DNA of 64,000 nt from assembly GCA_002269645.1 (NCBI GenBank), contig NIVC01003682.1, positions 19,138-83,137 on the forward strand, read 5' to 3'. Below are positions 22,243 through 34,361 of this stretch, piece after piece. The position numbers and the translations under genes were made by a program. The notes under the pieces are model-generated. The model was not told the DNA's origin and did not search any database. It saw only the letters and a program-made list of their open reading frames with translations. Each line of letters starts with the position of its first letter. The first letter of the stretch is position 1. Source of the DNA: Macrostomum lignano. Its lineage: Eukaryota.

Positions 22243-22695
22243 AGAGAGGAAAGAAGAGAAGCAGATGAGAGATATGGTACAGATAAGAGAGGAAAGAAGA
22301 TAAGCAGATGAGAGATATGGTACAGATAAGAGAGGTAGGTAAGAAGAGAAGCAGATGAGAGATATGGTACAGATAAGAGAGGAAAGAAGAGAAGCAGATG
22401 AGAGATATGGTACAGATAAGAGAGGTAAGAAGAGAAGCAGATGAGAGATATGGTACAGATAAGAGAGGGAAGAAGAGAAGCAGATGAGAGATATGGTACA
22501 GATAAGAGAGGGAAGAAGAGAAGCAGATGAGAGATATGGTACAGATAAGAGAGGGAAGAAGAGAAGCAGATGAGAGATATGGTACAGATAAGAGAGGGAA
22601 GAAGAGAAGCAGATGAGAGATATGGTACAGATAAGAGAGGAAAGAAGAGAAGCAGATGAGAGATATGGTACAGATAAGAGAGGGAAGAAGAGAAT
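22243..22695 (+). repeat. 43-bp purine-rich intronic minisatellite, ~10 copies
   Basis: Unit gaagagaagcagatgagagatatggtacagataagagagggaa. Confidence 0.9.
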
Positions 22696-23430
22696 ATGAG
22701 AGTAGAGAGAAGGAATTAGAGAGTAGAGTGCTGAGAATAGCCACAAACCTTTAGCGGGCCGGATTGCTATTGTGAAGTTTCAAAGGACCCCATGGTCGGA
22801 TAGAGAGGCTTTGCGGTCCGGAGTTTTCCAACCCCTGTTCTAAATAAAAAGATACAGAGACATAAATTAATCGTTTACTGCTTTTAAATGATCACGATTT
22901 GTGAATTCAAGGCACAAATAGAAAGAAAGAAAAAAGAACAATTTTTTTATACTACTAAGCATTATACTCTAGTAGTATGTGCTTTGTGTTAGGCATCTCA
23001 CGATAGGCTGTTTAGTCTAGCAGTTGACGTTTTAATTGTTGATAACTAACTACTCGACAACAAGCTGTTCGCTAATTTTCCTCGCGCTATATAATTGGCC
23101 TGTTGGGTAATAATTTTTGTCCAAATTGCAGACTCTAATACTTTTAGAAAAACTTCGGTTAGCAATTTAACTGTCGCACTGCCTAATAACTGCGCTGTAT
23201 GTCGCGTTCTCATGTCTGACTAGAATAAATTAGCATTACATTCTGCTGCTCGTTTGTAACAGCGCACATTTTAGTCTAGCGATCTTTTTAACAAAATGTT
23301 GCAGTACTTGTAGCTTTTAGCAAATTTGTATTTAGCTAAATCGAAGTTACAAAATTTAGAACGCTTTTTATTATAATGTCTGCGGAATGGGCAGAATAGC
23401 CATCGGCGCTGGTTTGTGCGATGATTTCGC

Positions 23431-23745
23431 CGAAGGCGTTGTGCCAGGGGGGTTGTAGCGTCGGACTCACGACTTGAAGGTCGGGGGTTCGATTCCCGAT
23501 CCCTCTGGTCTAATTTGTGTCCTTGAGAACTTGACACTTAACTCTGCATTGCTTCAGTTCACCCAGCTGTAAAATGGGTGCCAGCATTAACTGGGGTAAT
23601 TGAGGGTGTGTGTGGCGACCCTTGAGTCTATGGACTGAACAGCCGTACGCAGCCTTCAGATGCGCCGCGCGATTGCTGCGGCTGAGCTGTCGGTTGCACA
23701 TCTGGCCCAATTGGGTCAGGTGTGATCAATTATTATTATTACTAT
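23431..23745 (+). mobile_element. tRNA-derived SINE with CORE (MIR-like) domain and (ATT)n tail
   Basis: B box GGTTCGATTCC at about 23485; gtgtccttgag...cacttaactct...gcttcagttcacccagctgtaaaatggg resembles the CORE consensus as I recall it; ends attattattatt. Confidence 0.7.
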
Positions 23746-23814
23746 ATTGTCAGTATCCCTGTGCGACATGTTTTCCCGTCAGCCAGCCCGACTGAAAAAT
23801 TGCTGATGGCACAG

Positions 23815-24123
23815 TTTGTATCACCCGTTCCAACCCTTCCGCAGCCGCTGCATCTTCAGCACTATCAGCATCAGTTGCCGGTGTCTGCCGGTGTCTCACC
23901 AGATACCGCCGACTCTCAGGCTGACATCTGCCGAATCTGTCACTGTCCGGACACTGATCCGGCCGGCGATAATCCGCTTATATCGCCCTGTCTGTGCTCC
24001 GGCTCTTTAAAATACGTGCACAGAGACTGCCTGCAGCACTGGGTTAAATCGCAGGATATTAAAGTTTGTGAATTGTGCAAATTTGGCTTTGTTATGCGGG
24101 TCACTACTAAGCCGATTAGCGAG
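23815..24123 (+). CDS. MARCH8: MARCH1/8-like E3 ligase, RING-CH exon (alternative acceptor at 23783)
   Basis: ICRICH...PLISPCLCSGSLKYVHRDCLQHWVKS...CELCKF (C4HC3 RING-CH); donor gag|gtgaga. Confidence 0.9.
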
Positions 24124-24174
24124 GTGAGAAATATGTCTTAACCCTTCCTACGTACCTGTCAATTAACATATTTT

Positions 24175-24745
24175 TATCCGACCCTGTCAGCCAATCAGAA
24201 TCTACCCCTATCCAACCCTGTTAGCCAATCAGAACCTACCCCTGTCCGACCCTATCAGCCAATCAGAATCCATCCCTATCCGATCCTGTCAGCCAATAAG
24301 ATTAGTCCCTATCTGACCTGTCAGCCAATGAGCTTCGTCCCTATCCGACCCGACCCTGACAACCAATCAGCTTCGTCCCAATCCGACCCTTCAGCCAATC
24401 AGAATTCATCCCTATTCGACCCTGTCAGCCAATCAGAATCCATCCCTATCCGACCCTGCCAGCCAATCAGAATCCATCCCTATCCGACCCTGCAAGCCAA
24501 TCAGAATCCATCCCTATCCGACCCTGCCACCCAATCAGAATCCATCCCTATCCGACCCTGCAAGCCAATCAGAATCCATCCCTATCCGACCCTGCCACCC
24601 AATCAGAATCCATCCCTATCCGACCCTGCAAGCCAATCAGAATCCATCCCTAACCGACCCTGCCAGCCAATCAGAATCTATCCCTAACCGACCCTGCAAG
24701 CCAATCAGAATCCATCCCTATCCGACCCTGACAGCCAACCAGCTT
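24175..24745 (+). repeat. 34-bp intronic minisatellite containing AGCCAATCAG, ~16 copies
   Basis: Unit cagccaatcagaatccatccctatccgaccctgc; fills most of MARCH intron 24124-24831. Confidence 0.9.
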
Positions 24746-24831
24746 CATCTGTGACTCGCAGTTCACTAATCCCAGCTCATTTTCTCATTAAAACTATAGT
24801 ACTAATAGGATGAAACTCTCCAATTCCGCAG

Positions 24832-25209
24832 TGGCGAAAGCTGGACATTAGCTCTCTAGAGCGGCGCAAGATAATCTGCAGCGTCTCATTTCACATCATC
24901 GCGCTCACCTGCGTGATCTGGTCCCTATACGTGCTAATAGAGAAGACCAGCGCCGAGATCAACTCGGGCAAGCTGGAGTGGCCGTTCTGGACTAAGCTGG
25001 TAGTTGTAGCCATCGGCTTCACCGGCGGCACAGTATTCATGTACGTGCAGTGCCGCACCTACTTCGGCTTGTGCAGACGGTGGCGCTCGTTCAATCGGAC
25101 CTTCCTTATTCAGTCGGCATCCGAGGAGGAGCTCAGCCGGGCCAGGGCGCTGGCCAAAGCCCGGCCGCCAAGACGGTCGAGTGATTACTGCAGCGACGAA
25201 TTAGTGTAG
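24832..25209 (+). CDS. MARCH8: MARCH1/8-like E3 ligase, transmembrane exon
   Basis: Acceptor ccgcag|TGG; [36 protein letters not shown]...[25 protein letters not shown] matches MARCH1/8; phase 0 join to the RING exon. Confidence 0.9.
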   Translation, partial: WRKLDISSLERRKIICSVSFHIIALTCVIWSLYVLIEKTSAEINSGKLEWPFWTKLVVVAIGFTGGTVFMYVQCRTYFGLCRRWRSFNRTFLIQSASEEELSRARALAKARPPRRSSDYCSDELV

Positions 25210-27693
25210 TGTGTGTGTGTGTGTGTGTGTGTGTTTGTGCATTAGGCATTTCTTGGGACAAGCGTGTATAAACTGACCCGTGCTATTAGGACCAAAAATG
25301 TGTTGGGCCAGGCCCAATAAGTGCGTCCCGACACTTCCAAAAATGAATTCTATTGAAATGAAAAAATATTCATTGGAACCGTCTTTCGATTCTCCTTTCA
25401 AAAATCATTGTCATTTTTTCATATTTTTAATCAAACACGGGGAATCTAATGATTTGCAGTGTCCTAAGAAGTTTAAAAAATTATGCGAACTGATGGTCTG
25501 ATCCAACAGAACAATTGGGTCTCAAATCGGAATTCTCGTTTTATTACAATATTTCTTACAATATCAAGAAAGTCTACTACAAGTAACAGATAAAGGTTCC
25601 CCACAGGGCTGCCAATCAACACTTGAAAGGATCCACTGACATTTGGCATCGTGTTTACTAAATATGAAATAATTTAATACAGATTTAGAATATTACAAGC
25701 AAGCATACAAACCTAATAGATTTAGTATATTTAGATTTTTGCATAGAAACAGCTAGCATCTAAATTCATTAGCTTCCAATTTCACTTATACACGAAACAT
25801 AACAAATTAAGGTTACATCCGCTCGTGCCCTGGGCCATTTTAACTGAAATTCTCGTTTTAAATCCGCTGCATTAATCTATTTGTCATATGTGAATGGGAT
25901 TAACGGACTCAAGTTAGTGACTGGAGGCCATTAACGTAAAGTGACACTTTGAGTGAGGTAGTTTTCCGGTGGAAATTCTCACAGTCTTATGAAGCGCTTT
26001 TAGAGCAAAGAAATAAAGGGCAAAGAAAAACTTTGCATTTCCCGAGAAAACCGAGGACGAGTATTAGAGGGAAACGTTTAATCTCTAAGGCTTTAAATGA
26101 CTTCTTTATTGGCCTGGGTTTGGGCAGCCATACTATGCAGCAAATTTTTTCCTAGAATTATGATAATTATCGTCTGGTATACTGAAAAGTACGGAGATAC
26201 CAAGAAACTTAAGATGACTGCATGGACTGCTAGCACATGTTTGAGTGTCACTGTCACTGTAAAGTCTAAATCGATGACTAGTTGGCCCAAAACTACTAGG
26301 CCTTCCTGGAAAACAATTCTGCTTATCTTGGATCGTAAAGATAAACCCACGTACAGTGCAGAAGTGTTAGGACAAGCGTGTACAAGACCCAGGCAATCCC
26401 TTACCCAGGCCACGCGTACATTCCTATCGCGGCGGGGGGAAGCGGGGAGGAGAGGCGGGTGCAAGGGAGTCGGGATAAAGTTTACACTGAAGTTGAGGCC
26501 TACAAGAGGAAGAGCCAATTCTAACGGAAAGGTTCATGTAGAAGTTCCCTTTGACAAAAGGCGTACTGGCGGTACTGCATATGTTCAAACGAATATAATT
26601 CATTTACGAGACCTGCACTACACAGACAAAATGTGCCATGTCACAAGAGTTTCCATGCATGACCTGGCATGAAAAGACTTGGCTAGGAACCATTACACAT
26701 ATGTAAGTAGAATTTAAAATTCTTTTTAAAATTTTATGATTAAATAAAAACTTAACTGGAATTTACATATGTCTTTTCTAAAATTCCAGATACGTTGATT
26801 TCGATAAGCTACCGTTTTCTTCTATAACAAACAGATTTGCCTTCATTGTCCAGTAAGTATTGTCTCGTACTCGTATATGTCGTATTTTTTGTACGTTGAA
26901 AAAAATAATTAGCAGCCTAGTAATACTCTGAGCTCAGTGAAATATAAGAGAGGCGGCACGATCACCTTATTTATCAATTAATTTACAACAGCCAGTTGAG
27001 CAATCATAAGTAGGCAAAATTTACACTTCTAGGAAGAACAAATTTTACTAAAAGTTTCAATCAAAACATTTAGGAAAGAAATCTCGCATGACACATCGCC
27101 CACAGTACTAGAGACTTGGAGAAATACTATGTGAGTTTGCTGGGCAACTAATATAATATATTACTGTTATAATTCGATAGTCAAATTATTTTTCTACTCA
27201 AAGCAGTATTATTACATAACTAAAGAACAGTATAAAATGACAGCATTCTAGAACGAGAAACAAAGCTTACTGCAAAGGCAAACGCCTAAAGAAAAGCAGG
27301 GCAGAGTCAGCAACAAAAAAGAAGCTCATCTGATTGGGAAGATGGGCGGTCAGCAAAGAGATAGGATCTCAGAAAATTGCAATTCCCAGTAACTAAAACT
27401 TAATTGCAATAAGTGTTTTGTTTTCTAGGGCATTATTAAAACAAGCAAGCCTGCCTGCAGTCAGCTAAGGGCAAAGTAAGTTGCTGCGGCACTATCGAGA
27501 AAGTGAAATTTGTACATACTCCATCTAACTGACACAAGCAGCACCGTTGGGACAAACTACGAGTATTTTAATTGTACAGTAAAATTTCATTGACAATGAA
27601 GCATTTATTAGAACAGCGACATTTAAATCTGTTTTCAAACAAATCAGACAGATTTCTCAATAAGTGATTTTTCTTTTGTGCGCCCACGCACAG

Positions 27694-30600
27694 GTTCATC
27701 CGCATTCAAACTCGCCGCTGCATCCGTCATTTATTTCACTTGCTGCTCACAAGCCGCAGCAGCAGCAGCAGCAGCAGCAGCAGCCGCTATCCATGCAGGC
27801 AGTCAGTCTATTTGTGAATTTTCTGGTGGATCTGAAGAAAACCCGTCCGGCACAGGATTAAAGAGAAAGAGACGATCTGTTTTGGGTGAGTATTATCTGC
27901 TGTAGAAGTATTGTACACCAGAGTACTTGTGTTACCTGGTAGAGCACAATTCAAAAGCAATGCAACATCTCAGTGGCATTGTTGGGACACAAGCTACAAA
28001 CGCAATGAATAGTAAACACAGCCCAGTCTAGCTCAAGGCTAGTAATTTGTTGGGCATTTATTGGGACATTGCAGCCAGGCTTATTTTTTGAACAGCATTT
28101 GTTGGGTCGCACTTATTGGGACAATACTGATTCTAATCGCGACTACTTCTGAGTTCTGACTTTTCAAAACAGACCCAGCATTAGTTGAACACGTTCTATT
28201 AAAGGGTTCTTTATAGCCTATTAATGATTACTAAAGCAAGCCTATCTTAATTGATTTCTTTTCCTCACAGCTTCTGAAGTCAGCAACGCCAGCGACATGC
28301 CTAAGAGACAAGAATGCGCTTTAACGATCAGCAGCGAGCATTCTGATCTCGCCGCTGCATCCGTCATTTAGTTCACTTGCTGCTCACAAGCCGCAGCAGC
28401 AGCAGCCGCTATCCGTGCAGGCAGTCAGTCTATTTGTGAATTTTCTGGTGGATCTGAAGAAAACCCGTCCGGCACAGGATTAAAGAGAAAGAGACGATCT
28501 GTTTTGGGTGAGTATTATCTGCTGTAGAAGTATTGTACACCAGAGTACTTGTGTTACCTGGTAGAGCACAATTCAAAAGCAATGCAAAATCTCAGTGGCA
28601 TTGTTGGGACACAAGCTACAAACGCAATGAATAGTAAACACAGCCCAGCCTAGTTCAAGGCTAGTAATTTGTTGGGCATTTATTGGGACATTGCAGCCAG
28701 GCTTATTTTTTGAACAGCATTTGTTGGGTCGCACTTATTGGGACAATACTGATTCTAATCGCGACTACTTCTGAGTTCTGACTTTTCAAAACAGACCCAG
28801 CATTAGTTGAACACGTTCTATTAAAGGGTTCTTTATAGCCTATTAATGATTACTAAAGCAAGCCTATCTTAATTGATTTCTTTTCCTCGCAGCTTCTGAA
28901 GTCAGCAACGCCAGCGACATGCCTAAGAGACAAGAATGCGCTTTAACGATCAGCAGCGAGCATTCTGATCTCGCCGCTGCATCCGTCATTTAGTTCACTT
29001 GCTGCTCACAAGCCGCAGCAGCAGCAGCCGCTATCCATGCAGGCAGTCAGTCTATTTGTGAATTTTCTGGTGGATCTGAAGAAAACCCGTCCGGCACAGG
29101 ATTAAAGAGAAAGAGACGATCTGTTTTGGGTGAGTATTATCTGCTGTAGAAGTATTGTACACCAGAGTACTTGTGTTACCTGGTAGAGCACAATTCAAAA
29201 GCAATGCAACATCTTAGTGGCATTGTTGGGACACAAGCTACAAACGCAATGAATAGTAAACACAGCCCAGCCTAGCTCAAGGCTAGTAATTTGTTGGGCA
29301 TTTATTGGGACATTGCAGCCAGGCTTATTTTTTGAACAGCATTTGTTGGGTCGCACTTATTGGGACAATACTGATTCTAATCGCGACTACTTCTGAGTTC
29401 TGACTTTTCAAAACAGACCCAGCATTAGTTGAACACGTTCTATTAAAGGGTTCTTTATAGCCTATTAATGATTACTAAAGCAAGCCTATCTTAATTGATT
29501 TCTTTTCCTCACAGCTTCTGAAGTCAGCAACGCCAGCGACATGCCTAAGAGACAAGAATGCGCTTTAACGATCAGCAGCGAGCATTCTGATCTCGCCGCT
29601 GCATCCGTCATTTAGTTCACTTGCTGCTCACAAGCCGCAGCAGCAGCAGCCGCTATCCGTGCAGGCAGTCAGTCTATTTGTGAATTTTCTGGTGGATCTG
29701 AAGAAAACCCGTCCGGCACAGGATTAAAGAGAAAGAGACGATCTGTTTTGGGTGAGTATTATCTGCTGTAGAAGTATTGTACACCAGAGTACTTGTGTTA
29801 CCTGGTAGAGCACAATTCAAAAGCAATGCAACATCTCAGTGGCATTGTTGGGACACAAGCTACAAACGCAATGAATAGTAAACACAGCCCAGCCTAGTTC
29901 AAGGCTAGTAATTTGTTGGGCATTTATTGGGACATTGCAGCCAGGCTTATTTTTTGAACAGCATTTGTTGGGTCGCACTTATTGGGACAATACTGATTCT
30001 AATCGCGACTACTTCTGAGTTCTGACTTTTCAAAACAGACCCAGCATTAGTTGAACACGTTCTATTAAAGGGTTCTTTTATAGCCTATTAATGATTACTA
30101 AAGCAAGCCTATCTTAATTGATTTCTTTTCCTCACAGCTTCTGAAGTCAGCAACGCCAGCGACATGCCTAAGAGACAAGAATGCGCTTTAACGATCAGCA
30201 GCGAGCATTCTGATCTCGCCGCTGCATCCGTCATTTAGTTCACTTGCTGCTCACAAGCCGCAGCAGCAGCAGCCGCTATCCTTGCAGGCAGTCAGTCTAT
30301 TTGTGAATTTTCTGGTGGATCTGAAGAAAACCCGTCCGGCACAGGATTAAAGAGAAAGAGACGATCTGTTTTGGGTGAGTATTATCTTCTGTAGAAGTAT
30401 TGTACACCAGAGTACTTGTGTTACCTGGTAGAGCACAATTCAACAGCAATGCAACATCTCAGTGGCATTGTTGGGACACAAGCTACAAACGCAATGAATA
30501 GTAAACACAGCCCAGCCTAGTTCAAGGCTAGTAATTTGTTGGGCATTTATTGGGACATTGCAGCCAGGCTTATTTTTTGAACAGCATTTGTTGGGTCGCA

Positions 30601-32810
30601 CTTATTGGGACAATACTGATTCTAATCGCGACTACTTCTGAGTTCTGACTTTTCAAAACAGACCCAGCATTAGTTGAACACGTTCTATTAAAGGGTTCCT
30701 TTATAGCCTATTAATGATTACTAAAGCAAGCCTATCTTAATTGATTTCTTTTCCTCGCAGCTTCTGAAGTCAGCAACGCCAGCGACATGCCTAAGAGACA
30801 AGAATGCGCTTTAACGATCAGCAGCGAGCATTCTGATCTCGCCGCTGCATCCGTCATTTAGTTCACTTGCTGCTCACAAGCCGCAGCAGCAGCAGCCGCT
30901 ATCCATGCAGGCAGTCAGTCTATTTGTGAATTTTCTGGTGGATCTGAAGAAAACCCGTCCGGCACAGGATTAAAGAGAAAGAGACGATCTGTTTTGGGTG
31001 AGTATTATCTGCTGTAGAAGTATTGTACACCAGAGTACTTGTGTTACCTGGTAGAGCACAATTCAAAAGCAATGCAACATCTCAGTGGCATTGTTGGGAC
31101 ACAAGCTACAAACGCAATGAATAGTAAACACAGCCCAGCCTAGTTCAAGGCTAGTAATTTGTTGGGCATTTATTGGGACATTGCAGCCAGGCTTATTTTT
31201 TGAACAGCATTTGTTGGGTCGCACTTATTGGGACAATACTGATTCTAATCGCGACTACTTCTGAGTTCTGACTTTTCAAAACAGACCCAGCATTAGTTGA
31301 ACACGTTCTATTAAAGGGTTCTTTATAGCCTATTAATGATTACTAAAGCAAGCCTATCTTAATTGATTTCTTTTCCTCGCAGCTTCTGAAGTCAGCAACG
31401 CCAGCGACATGCCTAAGAGACAAGAATGCGCTTTAACGATCAGCAGCGAGCATTCTGATCTCGCCGCTGCATCCGTCATTTAGTTCACTTGCTGCTCACA
31501 AGCCGCAGCAGCAGCAGCCGCTATCCTTGCAGGCAGTCAGTCTATTTGTGAATTTTCTGGTGGATCTGAAGAAAACCCGTCCGGCACAGGATTAAAGAGA
31601 AAGAGACGATCTGTTTTGGGTGAGTATTATCTGCTGTAGAAGTATTGTATACCAGAGTACTTGTGTTACCTGGTAGAGCACAATTCAAAAGCAATGCAAC
31701 ATCTCAGTGGCATTGTTGGGACACAAGCTACAAACGCAATGAATAGTAAACACAGCCCAGCCTAGTTCAAGGCTAGTAATTTGTTGGGCATTTATTGGGA
31801 CATTGCAGCCAGGCTTATTTTTTGAACAGCATTTGTTGGGTCGCACTTATTGGGACAATACTGATTCTAATCGCGACTACTTCTGAGTTCTGACTTTTCA
31901 AAACAGACCCAGCATTAGTTGAACACGTTCTATTAAAGGGTTCTTTTATAGCCTATTAATGATTACTAAAGCAAGCCTATCTTAATTGATTTCTTTTCCT
32001 CACAGCTTCTGAAGTCAGCAACGCCAGCGACATGCCTAAGAGACAAGAATGCGCTTTAACGATCAGCAGCGAGCATTCTGATCTCGCCGCTGCATCCGTC
32101 ATTTAGTTCACTTGCTGCTCACAAGCCGCAGCAGCAGCAGCCGCTATCCATGCAGGCAGTCAGTCTATTTGTGAATTTTCTGGTGGATCTGAAGAAAACC
32201 CGTCCGGCACAGGATTAAAGAGAAAGAGACGATCTGTTTTGGGTGAGTATTATCTGCTGTAGAAGTATTGTACACCAGAGTACTTGTGTTACCTGGTAGA
32301 GCACAATTCAAAAGCAATGCAACATCTCAGTGGCATTGTTGGGACACAAGCTACAAACGCAATGAATAGTAAACACAGCCCAGCTTAGTTCAAGGCTAGT
32401 AATTTGTTGGGCATTTATTGGGACATTGCAGCCAGGCTTATTTTTTGAACAGCATTTGTTGGGTCGCACTTATTGGGACAATACTGATTCTAATCGCGAC
32501 TACTTCTGAGTTCTGACTTTTCAAAACAGACCCAGCATTAGTTGAACACGTTCTATTAAAGGGTTCTTTTATAGCCTATTAATGATTACTAAAGCAAGCC
32601 TATCTTAATTGATTTCTTTTCCTCGCAGCTTCTGAAGTCAGCAACGCCAGCGACATGCCTAAGAGACAAGAATGCGCTTTAACGATCAGCAGCGAGCATT
32701 CTGATCTCGCCGCTGCATCTGTCATTTAGTTCACTTGCTGCTCACAAGCCGCAGCAGCAGCAGCAGCAGCAGCCGCTATCTGTGCAGCAGTCAGTTAATT
32801 CATGAGTTTT
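27694..32810 (+). repeat. Tandem array of ~8 exon-intron units, 622/623-bp period
   Basis: Acceptors ttcctc(a/g)cag| at 28271, 28893, 29515, 30138, 30761, 31383, 32006, 32629; donors TTGG|gtgagt; 237-nt phase-1/phase-1 exons; copies near-identical. Confidence 0.9.
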
Positions 32811-33000
32811 CTGGCGGAGCTGGTTATATTTTAAGTTTCTGAATCGAGTAGCCGATCAACTGTTGTTTGATTTACTCGAATATTATTTAAAGGACGCATT
32901 TGTTTGCATTCTGTTTCTAATAAAATCCTGTGCACTGACCGCGGTGGAGCTCTAGCATTTTGCTTTTTATAGTATTTGTGTATATTGTTCTTCAAGCTAT

Positions 33001-33292
33001 ACTGGAATTGTTGGGACAGCCCTATCCACACTGGCTATGCTGGAATTGTTGGGACAGCCCTATCCACACTGGCTACGGTGGAATTGTTGGGACAGCCCCA
33101 TCCACACTGGCTATGCTGGAATTGTTGGGACAGCCCTATCCACACTGGCTATGGTGGAATTGTTGGGACAGCCCCATCCACACTGGCTATGGTGGAATTG
33201 TTGGGACAGCCCCATCCACACTGGCTATGGTGGAATTGTTGGGACAGCCCCATCCACACTGGCTATGGTGGAATTGTTGGGACAGCCCCATA
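33001..33292 (+). repeat. 38-bp minisatellite, ~7.5 copies
   Basis: Unit ctggaattgttgggacagccctatccacactggctatg. Confidence 0.9.
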
Positions 33293-33898
33293 CTATAGTG
33301 TGTGCTGGCTTCTGCTATAGTGTTGTTCATTTCCGCATCCTTTTACGTAGCATTCTGTGGGTCCGAATAGCTGACATGTACCTTTTGAGTAATTCTAGTG
33401 ATTGTGTCATAATCAATAAAGTTCATTTTTATGAACAGTGGAGTTTCGCTACAGAATTGTTTTTTCCCAGTGGCACTAAATGTAGCAAATTTTGTTTATT
33501 CAGATCGTAAAATTTTTTTGATATGTGTCAATGTCGTTTGTCTTCGATAACCTTAAAGTCCCTTGCCATTTACCATCCTGTCTTCTATATTCTATGATCG
33601 CTGAAATTATCCGGTGAAATTTGACGCGCTGATATTATTGCCTTAAGTGGAATTCAGCAAGGGTTTTTTAATTCTGTTTTAGACAAGTATACATGTACAG
33701 TCTGTTGTGAGTTCAATACACCTCGAAAAATGCTTTCCAACTGTTTTCAGTAAGCTAAAAGCATGTTGTCAATAAAAATCTATTTGTTGGGTTGAAAATT
33801 GCCTGTGTGGGGACGTGTGTGTGTGTGATTTTTCGTGTGTCGGAGCAGTCCCAATATGTGCAAGCTTTTGCACACTTGGCCAATAAGTGCCTCGTGCA

Positions 33899-33929
<31 letters not shown>

Positions 33930-34286
33930 CCTGTACCCCAGCCAACTGGAGCAGAATGTCGGCAATCTTACTGTATATTTTTCAGAATACAGTATAGCAA
34001 AATAGCAAATCTTTACGAAATCTGTGTTTAAAAACACGAACTGTTGTGTTTGATCTAGCGTTGCCGCAAACAGCAAATTCGGAACTAGAGGAGTTGTATT
34101 GCTAAAACACTGAAAACTTCCCTATTTCGCTGATGCATTTTGAAGCAGAAACTGCTATGCATGCATAACGGTCGATCCAATTAAAAGTACAAAGTTTTCA
34201 GGTCAAAAAAATTCCATGTTTGTCCCATGGACAGACATGATTATTCCAGTGGGATAATAATTAACAAAATAATTAACAAAATTATT

Positions 34287-34361
34287 CCTGTCGAATCAGG
34301 AATCGAACCCCCGACCTTTCAAGTCGCGATTCCGACGCTCTAACCACTAGGCTACAACCTC
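34287..34361 (-). mobile_element. Isolated tRNA-like SINE head related to 23431-23745
   Basis: Minus strand GGTTGTAGCCTAGTGGTTAGAGCGTCGGAATCGCGACTTGAAAGGTCGGGGGTTCGATTCC has A and B boxes, but the acceptor and anticodon stems do not pair as in a tRNA. Confidence 0.6.

Noticed and set aside
22753-22830. hAT MITE terminus (…ccggagttttccaacccctg)
   Set aside because: Only one end-like motif is seen, with no partner TIR or TSD.
27694-32810. CRISPR-like appearance of this and other regular arrays
   Set aside because: Units are contiguous with no unique spacers, there are no cas genes, and the context is eukaryotic.
34287-34361. Functional tRNA gene
   Set aside because: A and B boxes are present but the acceptor and anticodon stems do not form; it matches the SINE head at 23.4 kb.
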